The position numbers were made by a program, and so were the translations under genes. Shown piece by piece: positions 7,017 through 19,402 of a stretch of 64,000 nt of DNA. The stretch lies in the NCBI GenBank assembly GCA_945903605.1, contig CAMDOH010000003.1, positions 5,654 to 69,653 on the forward strand, given 5' to 3'. Positions within the stretch are counted from its first letter, which is position 1. Each line of letters starts with the position of its first letter. Under the pieces are notes generated by a model. That model was not told the origin of the DNA, ran no database searches, and saw nothing but the letters and a program-made list of their open reading frames with translations. The stretch comes from Akkermansia muciniphila (GTDB lineage: Bacteria; Verrucomicrobiota; Verrucomicrobiia; Limisphaerales; UBA1100).

Positions 7017-10000
7017 TTGTATCTTAAAACGATGACAGCGTTGGGGTTTAAGTCTTTCGCAGACAAAACCACTTTAGATTTTCTACCTGGCATAACGGCC
7101 ATTGTGGGGCCAAATGGTTGCGGCAAATCAAACGTGTCCGATGCCGTCCGTTGGGTTTTGGGAGAGCAATCGCCGCGAGCCATGCGTGGCACCGAAATGG
7201 CCGATGTCATTTTTTCTGGAACAGAAGGTCAGCCAGGACGCAAAGCGCTAGGCATGGCCGAAGTCTCATTGACGATCAGCGATGTCGATCAGGAATCACT
7301 CCGTGCAGCGGGTGTGGATCTTTCATTCAATGAAGTCACCATCACACGCCGACTGTTTCGCGATGGAACCAGCGAATACTTTCTGAACAACACGCCGTGC
7401 CGTCTTCGCGACATTCAGCAGTTGTTCATGGGCACCGGAGTTGGGCGCGCCAGTTACAGCATCATGGCGCAAGGCAACATCACGCAGATTATTTCCAGCA
7501 AGCCGGAAGATCGCAGAACAGTTTTCGAAGAAGCCGCCGGCATCACAAAATTCAAAGCACAGAAACGTGAAGCACTCAGGAAATTAGAGGCCAGCGATCA
7601 GAATCTCTTGAGGCTCGATGATCTGATTCGCGAAATTAAAAGACAGATCGGATCCTTGCAACGTCAAGCTGGGAAGGCGCGTCGTTACAAAAAACTCTCC
7701 ACCGAATTGCTGCATCTCGATACGCAGTATATGCGGCATCAGTACGACTTGCTCACGACGGCACTGCAAGAAGCGCAGCAATCTGCAGATGATGCACGTG
7801 CAAAAATCGATTCGGAAAATATACAGATTCTCAATGTCGAATCCTCTTTGAGGACGGAACGGGAACGACTCATCGAGCTTGAACATCAAATCGGACTTAG
7901 CCGCCAGCGATCCATGGAAGTGCGATCGGAGATCGAGCGGCACAAGAATCGAGTTTCATTTAACGAAGAGCGCCAACGCGAATCGGATCAACGCAAAGAA
8001 GAATCCGAACGCAATGTGGTAGAGGCCGACTCGCGTCGAGAAGAATTGCTGTCAGAAATCAAGCAGCTCGAAGAACAGATCGCACAGATCGCGGTGGAAT
8101 TATCACGATGCCAGTCGGACTTGGTCGATCGCAAACAAATCGTTCTAGACATTGAATCATCACTCACTGCCCGGCAGTCTGAACTTTCATCGTTGAGAGA
8201 CAGTTCGCTGCGATTGGCCGGACAACTCTCCATCTCGCGCAACTCCCTCAGCGCATTGGAAATTCATCAACAGGGTAATAAGATTCGGCTGGAAAAACTT
8301 TCTGCTGAAAAAGCTCAAGTGGAATCCGAACGAGCTTCATTGCTGCAACGATTGGCAGAATTCTGCGCAGATCTTGAATCGGAACAGAAGGAACTGAATA
8401 ATCGTCGAATGCTTTTGAGCAAGCGTCACACGGAGCTTGTTGGAAAAGAATCGGCTCTCGAGAAACTACGCGGTGAAAAAGCAACGGCCGCACGCAATCT
8501 GGCGGAGATCAATGCGCGCCTTGAAATTCTTCGTGCACTAGAAGTGAGTCGCGATGGTTGGGATTCCGGTCCTCAAAGTCTGGTGAAGTTGAGCAAAGGT
8601 TCAGCGCGTTTCATTGCTGATCAAATCAGTGTTCCTGCAGAGCACACTTGCGCCATTGAGACGGCGTTGGGTGTGACCTTGCAACTGGCTGTTGCATCAG
8701 ATGCGTCCACCGCGTGCGAATGGATTTCGGAATTGTCAAAAGCGAAGACCGGCCGAGCGCAAGTAGCTGCGTATGATTTGCTGGCAAGCCGATTGGCAAA
8801 ACCACACGAAGTTGCCATTGATGTTGGAATTCCTGCGGCATCGGTTGTGGTTGCTGCACCGGAAGTGGCTGCAGTCGTTGAGTCATTGTTGGCGAGGACG
8901 AGAATCGTCGATGACCTTGCTGCTGCGACGAAGGCTTGGCAAGGCGCTCCGGGGCAATTCAGTTTTGTGACTCGGAATGGCGAAATGCTCGATCAAATGG
9001 GTGTTTATCATGGAGGTCAGGATGGAAAGCCGGAATTGTCACGCATCTTGTCACGGAAATCCCAGATCGAAACGATGACGAAGCAATCGGGCAAAGCCAA
9101 AGTTGAGTTTGTCCGATTGGCTGAGTTGGAAGTTTTGCTGTTGGCTGAATTGAATGAAATGGATGCGCTCGTTGCAACTGAGCAAAAAGATCTCTCTGAC
9201 AAAGAAGTCTCGCTCGCAACACGACAAGGCGAGCAGCAGGCTTTGCAATCATCATTGCGCATTTTGGATCAGAAAACTGAAACAGTTTTATACGAAGTGC
9301 AAAGTTTGGCTGCGCAACAGTCGGAAGCCTTCACTCGAATGCAGGTGCTGGTAAAGGTGGTTGAAGAGGGTAGCAGCGAAGAAGCTGGATTACAGACACG
9401 GTTGGGCACAGCCCAGCAGTCGATTGATGATGGTCGAGAGAAACGTGATCTAGCAAACACTGCCTACTCGGAAACGCGGATCGCGTTGGCAAAGGAAGAA
9501 CAGATGCTGTCAACACTGCGTCAGCATCGCGCTCCGTTGGATGCTCGCATCAAGGACTATTTGCAGGTTTCTGAACGAGGCAAGCAATCGCTGGCTGAAA
9601 TTGAATTGAAGCGTGCCCAAATACTCGTTGAGAACGCTGAATCGGAAGACTACATCGTTCGCCTCGATGGGGATCTTTCCAAAGTTGAAGCCGAGGCCGA
9701 GGGATTGCTTTCAGAGAAGAACCAGTTTTCTGTGTCGCACCATGAGAGAGAGCGCCAGTTGCACGCACAACGGAATGAACTGACTGACCTGCAGAATAAG
9801 AAAGGACAGATTGAGGTCTCGATTGCGCAAAAGCAGATGTCGCAGCAAAACATGATTGAGCGAGTTCAACAGAAATATCTACTCAACCTCGCAGACATCC
9901 GCAGTGAGTGTATCACGATCACGATGTCGGAAGATGGCAGAACGTCCGCTCAGACTGTGTCGCCTGAAGAAATGGCAAAAAATGGTTTGGCAACAGATTG

Positions 10001-10766
10001 GACGGCAATCCGAGCGCAAGTTGAAGCGATACAAAGCCAGGTTGATGAGATGGGGCCGGTAAATCTGGTGGCAATCGAGGAGTGCGAGGAGATCGAGCAG
10101 CGACATGAATTTCTTTCTGCACAGCATGCCGACCTGACCGGTGCGAAGGCGCAATTAATCGAAGTGATCAATCGGATCAATATCCAATCGCGCGAGATGT
10201 TCCTGCAGACTTTTGAGAAGATCCGCGACAATTTCAGGACAATTTTCCCCGAGATGTTCGGTGGCGGCAAAGCTGACCTCCAATTGACGAATGAAGGTGA
10301 TGTGCTCGAATGCGGGATTGATATCTATGCGCGCCCACCAGGCAAGCAGCTGCAGAGCATTTCATTGTTATCGGGCGGCGAGCAGACAATGACCGCCGTC
10401 GCATTGCTCTTCTCAATTTATCTGGTCAAGCCAAGTCCGTTTTGTGTGCTGGATGAATTGGATGCACCGTTGGATGAATCGAACATCAACCGGTTCGTTG
10501 CGAAGTTGAAGGTGTTCGCCGAGCAGTCGCAGTTCATCGTGATCACGCACAACAAACGAACCATCAGCAGCGCCGATGTTCTTTACGGTGTCACGATGCA
10601 GGAACGCGGCGTGAGTCGCGTGGTCAGCGTGAAATTCCATAGAAATGACGAAGGCAACGGATCGAGGTTGTTGGCTGAATCTACCGTTCCAACTGCCAGT
10701 CGGAATTCAGATGCGGTTCAAGTTGAGGCATCCCGTGAGACCACCGAGGTCTTCATGGCAAAATAA
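7017..10766 (+). CDS. smc: Chromosome segregation protein SMC
   Basis: The N-terminus (L)YLKTMTALGFKSFADKT...VGPNGCGKSN carries the Walker A motif. Long coiled coils flank a hinge. The signature LSGGEQ and Walker B FCVLDELDAPLD are present. I set the start at TTG 7017 because an AGGGAGGG Shine-Dalgarno-like sequence lies 5 nt upstream and the SMC N-terminus is conserved. Confidence 0.93.
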   Translation: MYLKTMTALGFKSFADKTTLDFLPGITAIVGPNGCGKSNVSDAVRWVLGEQSPRAMRGTEMADVIFSGTEGQPGRKALGMAEVSLTISDVDQESLRAAGVDLSFNEVTITRRLFRDGTSEYFLNNTPCRLRDIQQLFMGTGVGRASYSIMAQGNITQIISSKPEDRRTVFEEAAGITKFKAQKREALRKLEASDQNLLRLDDLIREIKRQIGSLQRQAGKARRYKKLSTELLHLDTQYMRHQYDLLTTALQEAQQSADDARAKIDSENIQILNVESSLRTERERLIELEHQIGLSRQRSMEVRSEIERHKNRVSFNEERQRESDQRKEESERNVVEADSRREELLSEIKQLEEQIAQIAVELSRCQSDLVDRKQIVLDIESSLTARQSELSSLRDSSLRLAGQLSISRNSLSALEIHQQGNKIRLEKLSAEKAQVESERASLLQRLAEFCADLESEQKELNNRRMLLSKRHTELVGKESALEKLRGEKATAARNLAEINARLEILRALEVSRDGWDSGPQSLVKLSKGSARFIADQISVPAEHTCAIETALGVTLQLAVASDASTACEWISELSKAKTGRAQVAAYDLLASRLAKPHEVAIDVGIPAASVVVAAPEVAAVVESLLARTRIVDDLAAATKAWQGAPGQFSFVTRNGEMLDQMGVYHGGQDGKPELSRILSRKSQIETMTKQSGKAKVEFVRLAELEVLLLAELNEMDALVATEQKDLSDKEVSLATRQGEQQALQSSLRILDQKTETVLYEVQSLAAQQSEAFTRMQVLVKVVEEGSSEEAGLQTRLGTAQQSIDDGREKRDLANTAYSETRIALAKEEQMLSTLRQHRAPLDARIKDYLQVSERGKQSLAEIELKRAQILVENAESEDYIVRLDGDLSKVEAEAEGLLSEKNQFSVSHHERERQLHAQRNELTDLQNKKGQIEVSIAQKQMSQQNMIERVQQKYLLNLADIRSECITITMSEDGRTSAQTVSPEEMAKNGLATDWTAIRAQVEAIQSQVDEMGPVNLVAIEECEEIEQRHEFLSAQHADLTGAKAQLIEVINRINIQSREMFLQTFEKIRDNFRTIFPEMFGGGKADLQLTNEGDVLECGIDIYARPPGKQLQSISLLSGGEQTMTAVALLFSIYLVKPSPFCVLDELDAPLDESNINRFVAKLKVFAEQSQFIVITHNKRTISSADVLYGVTMQERGVSRVVSVKFHRNDEGNGSRLLAESTVPTASRNSDAVQVEASRETTEVFMAK

Positions 10767-10788
10767 TCCTTCGTTGGATTATTTTTTC
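10762..10788. terminator. Hairpin and T-tract at the convergent junction of smc and the downstream minus-strand gene
   Basis: An 8-bp stem pairs AATAATCC (10762-10769) with GGATTATT (10776-10783), followed by TTTT. It overlaps both stop codons. Confidence 0.5.
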
Positions 10789-12131
10789 CGTTCCGATTCT
10801 GGGATATACAACACGGTGAGCGCGCAAGTGTCCCAGGCTTTTGAATTACGATTCGCATTCCAAGTGATGAAGAGCGTTTCACCCTTCGGATCCAATGCCA
10901 CACTGTATGTGCCTTTCAATGTGCAGCCGTATTGGGTCTGATAAAACGGATGGAGGAAGGCGATGATTTTCCGTTGGCGGTTTTTTGTGTCGTATTGCAC
11001 CACCGCTGAATTGTCCTGTTCGCTTCCACCATGCGCGCCGGGCACGTAATAAATATAGCGCCCAGTTGGATCGGCATCGAGTGTCGTGATGTATTGTTGT
11101 GAGCCAACCGCAGCCGGACCAATCATCTCAACCTTTTCAGTCTTGGTATGGAATGCGTACATTTGGGCCATTTCGCCTTTGCGACCTTGTGAAACGGTGT
11201 ACACGATTCCCTGCGGCGTTTCTTCTGAAGCCGCACGCAGGCCAATTTCGCCGGCGATTTTCACTGGCTTGTTGCCTTTAGTCGGATCAAAGCGCATGAG
11301 CGCGCTTTCCGCGTTGCTTTGGTTGTAATAAACACGGCCCGTTGACGGTGCGAAAATCATGGCGCGAGCGGGGCCATCGGGTTCATCGCAGATCACTTTG
11401 CGAGTATTGATATCGTACGCAAAAAACCGCACGCCGGCATCTTCGCCGCCTGTTCCCGGAGCGGTGCCTCCGTAGAAAATCATTCGTTTTGGATCAAATG
11501 CACTGGTCGGAATACAGTGTTTGGGAACAGGGCCATGTGAAACAATTTCAGTTTTGCCTGTGGCAGGATTGTGGCGAAGAATCCAATCACCCTTGTAGTG
11601 ATATTGGTCGGTGGTGACGCGTGTTGATCCCCGGTGTGTGGAGAAGTACAGGTAGCCGTCATTTCCCATGTCGATCCGGCTGTGTATTTTTCCGGGCGCG
11701 TAGTGTCCTTCAGGGAGATTGAGCGTTGAAAACACATCCATCAGTCGGCGGAGTTTCTTGGTTGCAGGATCGTATTCATAGATGAACGCGTTGCCGGCTG
11801 GAGCGAGATGGTCGCCGATCGATGCGTAATATTTCCCGTTGGCGTAAAGGCTATCACCCCAATTCGACCACGGTTTGCCAGGATAGTCCTGACCGGGGTA
11901 ATAGATAAAATCAACCGTTGGTGGTTTCTTTGCGATGGATACGCCGGGAAGCAAGGTCGCTGGCGGCTTGAGAAAATCTTGCGACGTATCGGTCACCAGA
12001 ATCTTGCCATTGGGTAATTTCGGTGGGTAGGTCACTTCAGCTGCTGAAGATTTGACCTTGGGATTCTTTTTCAACGGTTCAGCGGCGAGGAGTGATCCGA
12101 TGAGGGTGAGTCCCAGTAAGAGTGATTTCAT
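10779..12131 (-). CDS. Secreted hypothetical protein (beta-propeller-like by composition)
   Basis: The 450-aa ORF has the signal peptide MKSLLLGLTLIGSLLAAEP. Its ATG shares one base with the TAA stop of the upstream FG-GAP gene (TAATG). I recognise no family motif. Confidence 0.6.
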   Translation of the reverse strand: MKSLLLGLTLIGSLLAAEPLKKNPKVKSSAAEVTYPPKLPNGKILVTDTSQDFLKPPATLLPGVSIAKKPPTVDFIYYPGQDYPGKPWSNWGDSLYANGKYYASIGDHLAPAGNAFIYEYDPATKKLRRLMDVFSTLNLPEGHYAPGKIHSRIDMGNDGYLYFSTHRGSTRVTTDQYHYKGDWILRHNPATGKTEIVSHGPVPKHCIPTSAFDPKRMIFYGGTAPGTGGEDAGVRFFAYDINTRKVICDEPDGPARAMIFAPSTGRVYYNQSNAESALMRFDPTKGNKPVKIAGEIGLRAASEETPQGIVYTVSQGRKGEMAQMYAFHTKTEKVEMIGPAAVGSQQYITTLDADPTGRYIYYVPGAHGGSEQDNSAVVQYDTKNRQRKIIAFLHPFYQTQYGCTLKGTYSVALDPKGETLFITWNANRNSKAWDTCALTVLYIPESERKK

Positions 12132-13729
12132 TATTCAGTAAGGTTGATCAATTGGTCGGCGGCGACATGGGTGCGAGTGATGGATTTGCCGTGAGAGAGT
12201 TTGACTTCGATATCGATCTTGGCGACGGAGCCAAGTCCAAAATGGGCAATCGCCGGTTGTCCGCTGGCATAGCCGAACCCGATGTTGATTTCTTGAAACC
12301 CGAGTAGCGCTTCACGTTTGCCAAGTTGTCCGGCTTGATAGAGTCGTATCTGCGAGCCGATTCCCATGCGGTTCATTTGTTTTCCGGTGACGCGCACTTG
12401 CAGCCAATGGCGTGTTGCCGATTCATTTCGCAGCAGGCGAGAGTGGTTTCCTTTGAACCAATTGATAAGAAAGAGATCGAGTTTGCCATCGTTGTCAAAA
12501 TCGCCTGACGGTCCGCAAGGGAAATAGACCATGGGTGGTTTGATCGGTTTGGGCGCAGTGAATTGAGGGAGTCCACCATTGTTGCCCGTGTTTCTGAAAA
12601 TGAGCGGAGTGATGATGCCCTCCTCCTGCCACCCAGTAGAGAGATAAATATCCGGCCAACCATCATTGTCGAAATCCTGGATTTCTACGTGCGGACATTT
12701 CACAGGCACGCTTTCGGGAAAGCCCACCTCCTTGCTGACCTCCCGAAATTGAGGCAGGCCATTTTTCAATCCGTCATTGATGAAAACTTTATTGCGTGCG
12801 GTTTCACAGTGAATGCTCAGGACAAGGTCGAGTCTGCCATCGCGATTCAAATCGCCAAAGGCTGCGCCACAAGGCCAATCTTCACCATGCAACGGTTTCC
12901 ATTGAAACAGTTCGCGTAACTCGACGGCTTCACGATAACGGTTTTTGCCGTTACTCATAAATAGGCGATTGCTATGACCGATAAAAAAGTCGGGGCGACC
13001 ATCTTCATTCAGATCGGCAACGGCGTGGCCGAGGCCAAACAGGTCTTCTGGAAGTCCAGCTTCTGCTGTGACATCTTTGAATTTTAATCCGCTGAGATTT
13101 TTGAAAAGTGTGGTACGCGGTTTGCGCGTGAATTTGTCCTCGATGACCAGCAGGTCGAGCATGCCATCGCTGTCGTAGTCGAAGACTCCGATATTGCGAG
13201 CGGTGAGAAGTGAATCGGGGACTGCACCACTTGCAATCGAGATGTCCTTTAATTTGCCGTTGGTGTTTTTGAATAGCTGGCTGTGATGATTCTTGGCTGA
13301 GGATTGGGGTTCGATGGTTGATTTGGATTTTGTGCCAGCGGAAGCTTTGGCGTTGTTGGCAACGTAAAGGTCCAGTGTGCCATCATTGTCGAGGTCAGCA
13401 AACACAGCACCGCTGGTACGAGCGTATGTCGCGGTGGGCGAATCTTTCATCAATTCAAATCGGCCTTTGCCAAGATTCCGGAATAAGCGAGTTGGAACAG
13501 GCGATGTTGCGGGTTCGTATTCGGCGTTGGGTCGGTCGCAGAATCCGCCAACAAATAAGTCGATCAAGCCATCGTTGTCGAAATCTCCCCAAGCGCCGCC
13601 GTGTCCCATCAATCCAGCGAGAGGCTCCAGAAGGCCAGCGGATTGAGTGAGGTCTTTGAAAAGGATTCTGGGTTGAGCAACAAGGTTTGTCGCAAGTATG
13701 ACGATGAAGATGGCGTGTAATCGCATCAT
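12131..13729 (-). CDS. FG-GAP/VCBS repeat protein with ASPIC/UnbV-like C-terminus (CRTAC1 family), secreted
   Basis: Seven Ca-binding-like DxDxDG repeats are present: DFDNDGLIDLF, DLDNDGTLDLY, DYDSDGMLDLL, DLNEDGRPDFF, DLNRDGRLDLV, DFDNDGWPDIY and DFDNDGKLDLF. The signal peptide MMRLHAIFIVILATNLVAQP begins at the internal Met at 13729. Confidence 0.75.
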   Translation of the reverse strand: MMRLHAIFIVILATNLVAQPRILFKDLTQSAGLLEPLAGLMGHGGAWGDFDNDGLIDLFVGGFCDRPNAEYEPATSPVPTRLFRNLGKGRFELMKDSPTATYARTSGAVFADLDNDGTLDLYVANNAKASAGTKSKSTIEPQSSAKNHHSQLFKNTNGKLKDISIASGAVPDSLLTARNIGVFDYDSDGMLDLLVIEDKFTRKPRTTLFKNLSGLKFKDVTAEAGLPEDLFGLGHAVADLNEDGRPDFFIGHSNRLFMSNGKNRYREAVELRELFQWKPLHGEDWPCGAAFGDLNRDGRLDLVLSIHCETARNKVFINDGLKNGLPQFREVSKEVGFPESVPVKCPHVEIQDFDNDGWPDIYLSTGWQEEGIITPLIFRNTGNNGGLPQFTAPKPIKPPMVYFPCGPSGDFDNDGKLDLFLINWFKGNHSRLLRNESATRHWLQVRVTGKQMNRMGIGSQIRLYQAGQLGKREALLGFQEINIGFGYASGQPAIAHFGLGSVAKIDIEVKLSHGKSITRTHVAADQLINLTE

Positions 13730-13818
13730 GTTGTTTGACGTTGATTGTGTGCTGAAGAGTTCAAAAGTGATTCTATGTCTTGCCATTGTCACGCGCGAAA
13801 CTAACCTAGCGCGTCTTT

Positions 13819-14751
13819 ATGGAACAAGTGGTCATCATTGGGTCGGGTTGTGCGGGTTGGACGGCGGCACTCTACACTGCCAGGGCAAATCTTTCGCCGT
13901 TGGTCATCACAGGTGCGACTCCCGGAGGATTGCTGACCACGACAAGCATCGTGGAAAATTATCCCGGATTTCCAGAGGGAGTGGATGGGACGGATTTGAT
14001 GATTCGAATGCAGCAACAAGCCGAACGATTTGGAGCGAAGACAATGTTTGGCAGCATGGTGGAGTCGGTGGATCTTTCGAGCCGGCCGTTTGTCTTGACG
14101 GTGGATGGAGAGAAAATCGAGACGCAAACGATTATCATCGCGACCGGTGCTGGGCACAAGCATTTGGGCGTGCCGGGTGAACATGAGTTGGAGAAGAAGG
14201 GTGTTACTTTTTGTGCGACGTGCGACGGCGCATTGCCCATGTTTCGCAATCAGCCGGTTGTTGTGGTTGGGGGCGGCGATTCAGCGTGTGAGGAGGCCAC
14301 TTTTTTGACGCGGTTCGCTTCGATAGTTTACCTGGTTCATCGGCGCGATTCATTGCGTGCTTCGAAAGTGATGGCCGATCGTGCGCTGTCCAACCCAAAG
14401 ATCAAACCGATTTGGGACACGGTCGTGACCGAAGTGCGCGATATCAAACAAGGTAAAGTGACCTCTGTTGAGTTGAAAAATCTCAAGAGCGGCGATGTCC
14501 AGAAACTTGATTGCGCGGGATTATTCGTTGCGGCTGGTCATATTCCGAACACGGATTTATTCAAGGGCACCATTGATATGGATGAGGCTGGATACATCAT
14601 CCCGAAGCACGGCACAGAAACGAACGTTTCCGGAGTGTTCGTTGCTGGAGATTGTTCAGACCGGATTTATCGGCAGGCGATTACAGCGGCAGGCATGGGT
14701 TGCGCGGCAGCAATCGACACGGAAAGATATTTGGGTAAGATGAATAGTTGA
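13819..14751 (+). CDS. trxB: Thioredoxin-disulfide reductase
   Basis: The translation has the FAD GxGxxG motif (IIGSGCAGWTAA), the redox-active CATCDG and the NADPH motif GGGDSACEEA. The 310-aa length fits. Confidence 0.9.
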   Translation: MEQVVIIGSGCAGWTAALYTARANLSPLVITGATPGGLLTTTSIVENYPGFPEGVDGTDLMIRMQQQAERFGAKTMFGSMVESVDLSSRPFVLTVDGEKIETQTIIIATGAGHKHLGVPGEHELEKKGVTFCATCDGALPMFRNQPVVVVGGGDSACEEATFLTRFASIVYLVHRRDSLRASKVMADRALSNPKIKPIWDTVVTEVRDIKQGKVTSVELKNLKSGDVQKLDCAGLFVAAGHIPNTDLFKGTIDMDEAGYIIPKHGTETNVSGVFVAGDCSDRIYRQAITAAGMGCAAAIDTERYLGKMNS

Positions 14752-14796
14752 ATGTGAACAGGGCGATTACGTCCGACAAACGTCCGTTAGTATTTC

Positions 14797-15462
14797 ATGA
14801 AAAGGCGAACGGCAAAATTGAATCGTATTACAGGCGAAACAAGAATTCGGCTGAAGTTGGATTTGGACGGGCAGGGGATTGGCAAGGTGGATTCGGGTAT
14901 TCCTTTTTTTGATCACATGCTTGTGTTGTTCGCAAAGCATGCAACTGTGAATTTGCAGTTGAGTTGCCGAGGGGATTTGGATGTTGATCTGCATCACACC
15001 GTCGAGGATTGCGGCTTGGCTTTGGGTCGGGCGTTCAACGAGGCTCTTGGTGAGAAGCGTGGCATTCGGCGATACGGAGCAGGATTTCATCCGCAGAATC
15101 CATTTACCGGTGAGGCATTCGTTCCAATGGATGAATGTCTGGCGCGTTGCGTGATTGATTTTAGTGGTCGACCATTTCTAGTTTGGCGCGGAATGGGCCG
15201 GCTTGGATTGAAGGCGATTCCTTCGGGGTTGAATGGGGACGTTCCGACCATATTCCGATTTGGTCTTGCGCGTGAATTCTTCCAGGCGTTCACGAATGAG
15301 GCGCGATGCAACTTACATTTGGAGTTATTGTATGGTGAGGAGCCTCACCATGTTGTTGAGGCCTTATTCAAGGCTTGTGCACGGGCTGTGGATGTGGCCC
15401 GGCAGAATGATCCGAGAATTACTGGTCTTATTCCCAGCACGAAGGGGAAATTATCAAATTGA
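14797..15462 (+). CDS. hisB: Imidazoleglycerol-phosphate dehydratase
   Basis: The translation has RITGETRI, DLHHTVEDCG and EEPHHVVEALFKA, the IGPD metal-binding His/Glu blocks. Confidence 0.9.
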   Translation: MKRRTAKLNRITGETRIRLKLDLDGQGIGKVDSGIPFFDHMLVLFAKHATVNLQLSCRGDLDVDLHHTVEDCGLALGRAFNEALGEKRGIRRYGAGFHPQNPFTGEAFVPMDECLARCVIDFSGRPFLVWRGMGRLGLKAIPSGLNGDVPTIFRFGLAREFFQAFTNEARCNLHLELLYGEEPHHVVEALFKACARAVDVARQNDPRITGLIPSTKGKLSN

Positions 15463-15491
15463 ATAGGGCGTAGAAGGAGCCGTCTATCACA

Positions 15492-16100
15492 ATGTCCAGA
15501 CGTATTGACGTCAAAGCTGCCTCCGATCAGGAACTCGTTGCTGCTGCCCAGAGTGGGCGGATGGAAGCGTACGAGGAGCTGGTGTACAGGCATCGGGATA
15601 AGTTTTATGCCCGAGCCTTCAGTATGCTGCGTAATGAAGACGAGGCGCTCGATCTTTCCCAGGAAGCGTGGGTGAAGGGCTGGCAGCGCTTGAAGCAATT
15701 CAAGGGCAATTCCGGTTTCACCACATGGATGACACGGATTGTGATCAATCTCTGTCTGGATCATTTGCGAAAACGGAAACGGCAACAGACCGATTCGATT
15801 GAGCAGATGGAAGAACAGTCGGGTGGAATTGAAAGAAAGATGCCCTCTGTTGAATTCAATCCAACAGAGCGACTGGAGCAGGAAGAACTCCGCGAACGGA
15901 TTGACCAGTCTATGGTGAAATTGTCCTATGAGCATCGGACCGTACTGGTGTTGCACGAATTTGAAGGCATGGAGTACCAAGAAATTGCAGACCAAATGCG
16001 GTGCTCCATCGGAACTGTGATGTCACGGTTGTTTTATGCGAGGCGCAAACTGGCCTCGTTATTGAGAAGTTTAAAAGCAGAAAGACACCCCCCTAAATGA
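15492..16100 (+). CDS. ECF (group 4) RNA polymerase sigma factor
   Basis: Region 2 (DLSQEAWVKGWQRL, FTTWMTRIVINLCLDHLRK) and region 4 (YQEIADQMRCSIGTVMSRLFYARRKL) are both recognisable. The stop overlaps the start of the next gene (ATGA). Confidence 0.85.
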   Translation: MSRRIDVKAASDQELVAAAQSGRMEAYEELVYRHRDKFYARAFSMLRNEDEALDLSQEAWVKGWQRLKQFKGNSGFTTWMTRIVINLCLDHLRKRKRQQTDSIEQMEEQSGGIERKMPSVEFNPTERLEQEELRERIDQSMVKLSYEHRTVLVLHEFEGMEYQEIADQMRCSIGTVMSRLFYARRKLASLLRSLKAERHPPK

Positions 16101-16630
16101 ACGAAGATAGAATGATGCAGTTGCAAGCATGGGTTGACAATGAGCTCAGCCCCAATGAAGCGAAAGAAGTTGCCGCATTTGTTGTCTCGGATACCGAGGC
16201 AAAGGCGGCAGTGGACACTTTGCGCACATTGAAACAATCGATGCAGGTCGGAGAGCCGTCCCGCACGATTGAAATTCCAGCCAGTTTGTATTGGGACGCG
16301 ATTGCGCGAAAGATTGAATTGGAAGAAGTGGAGCCGACAACCTCACACTTTAATTTCAATGCCATTCGCCAATGGATTGCTCCTGTTGGTGCGCTGGCGG
16401 CTATTGGCCTGTTCGTTTGCTTTTCGGATCAATTCCCGGCACAAAGCCCAAGTCGAAATGGCTCTGGCCATTCCGATGCTGCTGGACAATCTGAGCGTGA
16501 TATTGATTCGAAGGACGTTGGCGTGATGAATCTCAATGACCCTTCAAAGTTAGGATCGTTGCTCTGGTTGCAGGATCAAAATGAACAACAGCAATTCAAT
16601 CCTGGCTTGATTGACAACGCAGAACGCTAA
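16097..16630 (+). CDS. Putative anti-sigma factor, single-pass membrane, no zinc-finger Cys/His motif
   Basis: It is translationally coupled to the ECF sigma gene. The N-terminus LQAWVDNELSPNEAKEV resembles an anti-sigma domain. A central TM segment (IAPVGALAAIGLFVCF) is present. Confidence 0.5.
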   Translation: MNEDRMMQLQAWVDNELSPNEAKEVAAFVVSDTEAKAAVDTLRTLKQSMQVGEPSRTIEIPASLYWDAIARKIELEEVEPTTSHFNFNAIRQWIAPVGALAAIGLFVCFSDQFPAQSPSRNGSGHSDAAGQSERDIDSKDVGVMNLNDPSKLGSLLWLQDQNEQQQFNPGLIDNAER

Positions 16631-16647
16631 AAGTTCACCACTCTCAA

Positions 16648-16677
16648 AAGCCTCCGATTATTCGGAGGCTTTTTTAT
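16648..16677 (+). terminator. Intrinsic terminator after the sigma/anti-sigma pair
   Basis: A 9-bp stem pairs AAGCCTCCG with CGGAGGCTT, followed by TTTTT. Confidence 0.75.
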
Positions 16678-16700
16678 TGAGTCGGCTCAGCTGAGTTAAC

Positions 16701-16727
16701 TTATCCACATCTACTAATAGTGGATGA
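16701..16727. promoter_or_regulatory. DnaA-box-like inverted pair upstream of gyrB
   Basis: A perfect consensus TTATCCACA sits at 16701-16709. A 7/9 box (TCATCCACT) lies on the opposite strand at 16719-16727. Both are about 140 nt upstream of the gyrB ATG. Confidence 0.3.
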
Positions 16728-16799
16728 ACTCGGGTTCCACTGTACATATGTAGTGCTTGGTTCCGTTTGAGTGTGAAAGAAAATTGATTGTTGGACTAG

Positions 16800-19385
<2,586 letters not shown>

Positions 19386-19402
19386 TTTTTCGCACCTGAC
19401 CT

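Noticed and set aside
5811-10766. The WYL regulator as a marker of a defence island
   Set aside because: The flanking genes are rho and a canonical full-length SMC (Walker A, hinge, signature and Walker B), not a defence-type SMC/ABC ATPase. No nuclease, methyltransferase, helicase or toxin genes are adjacent.
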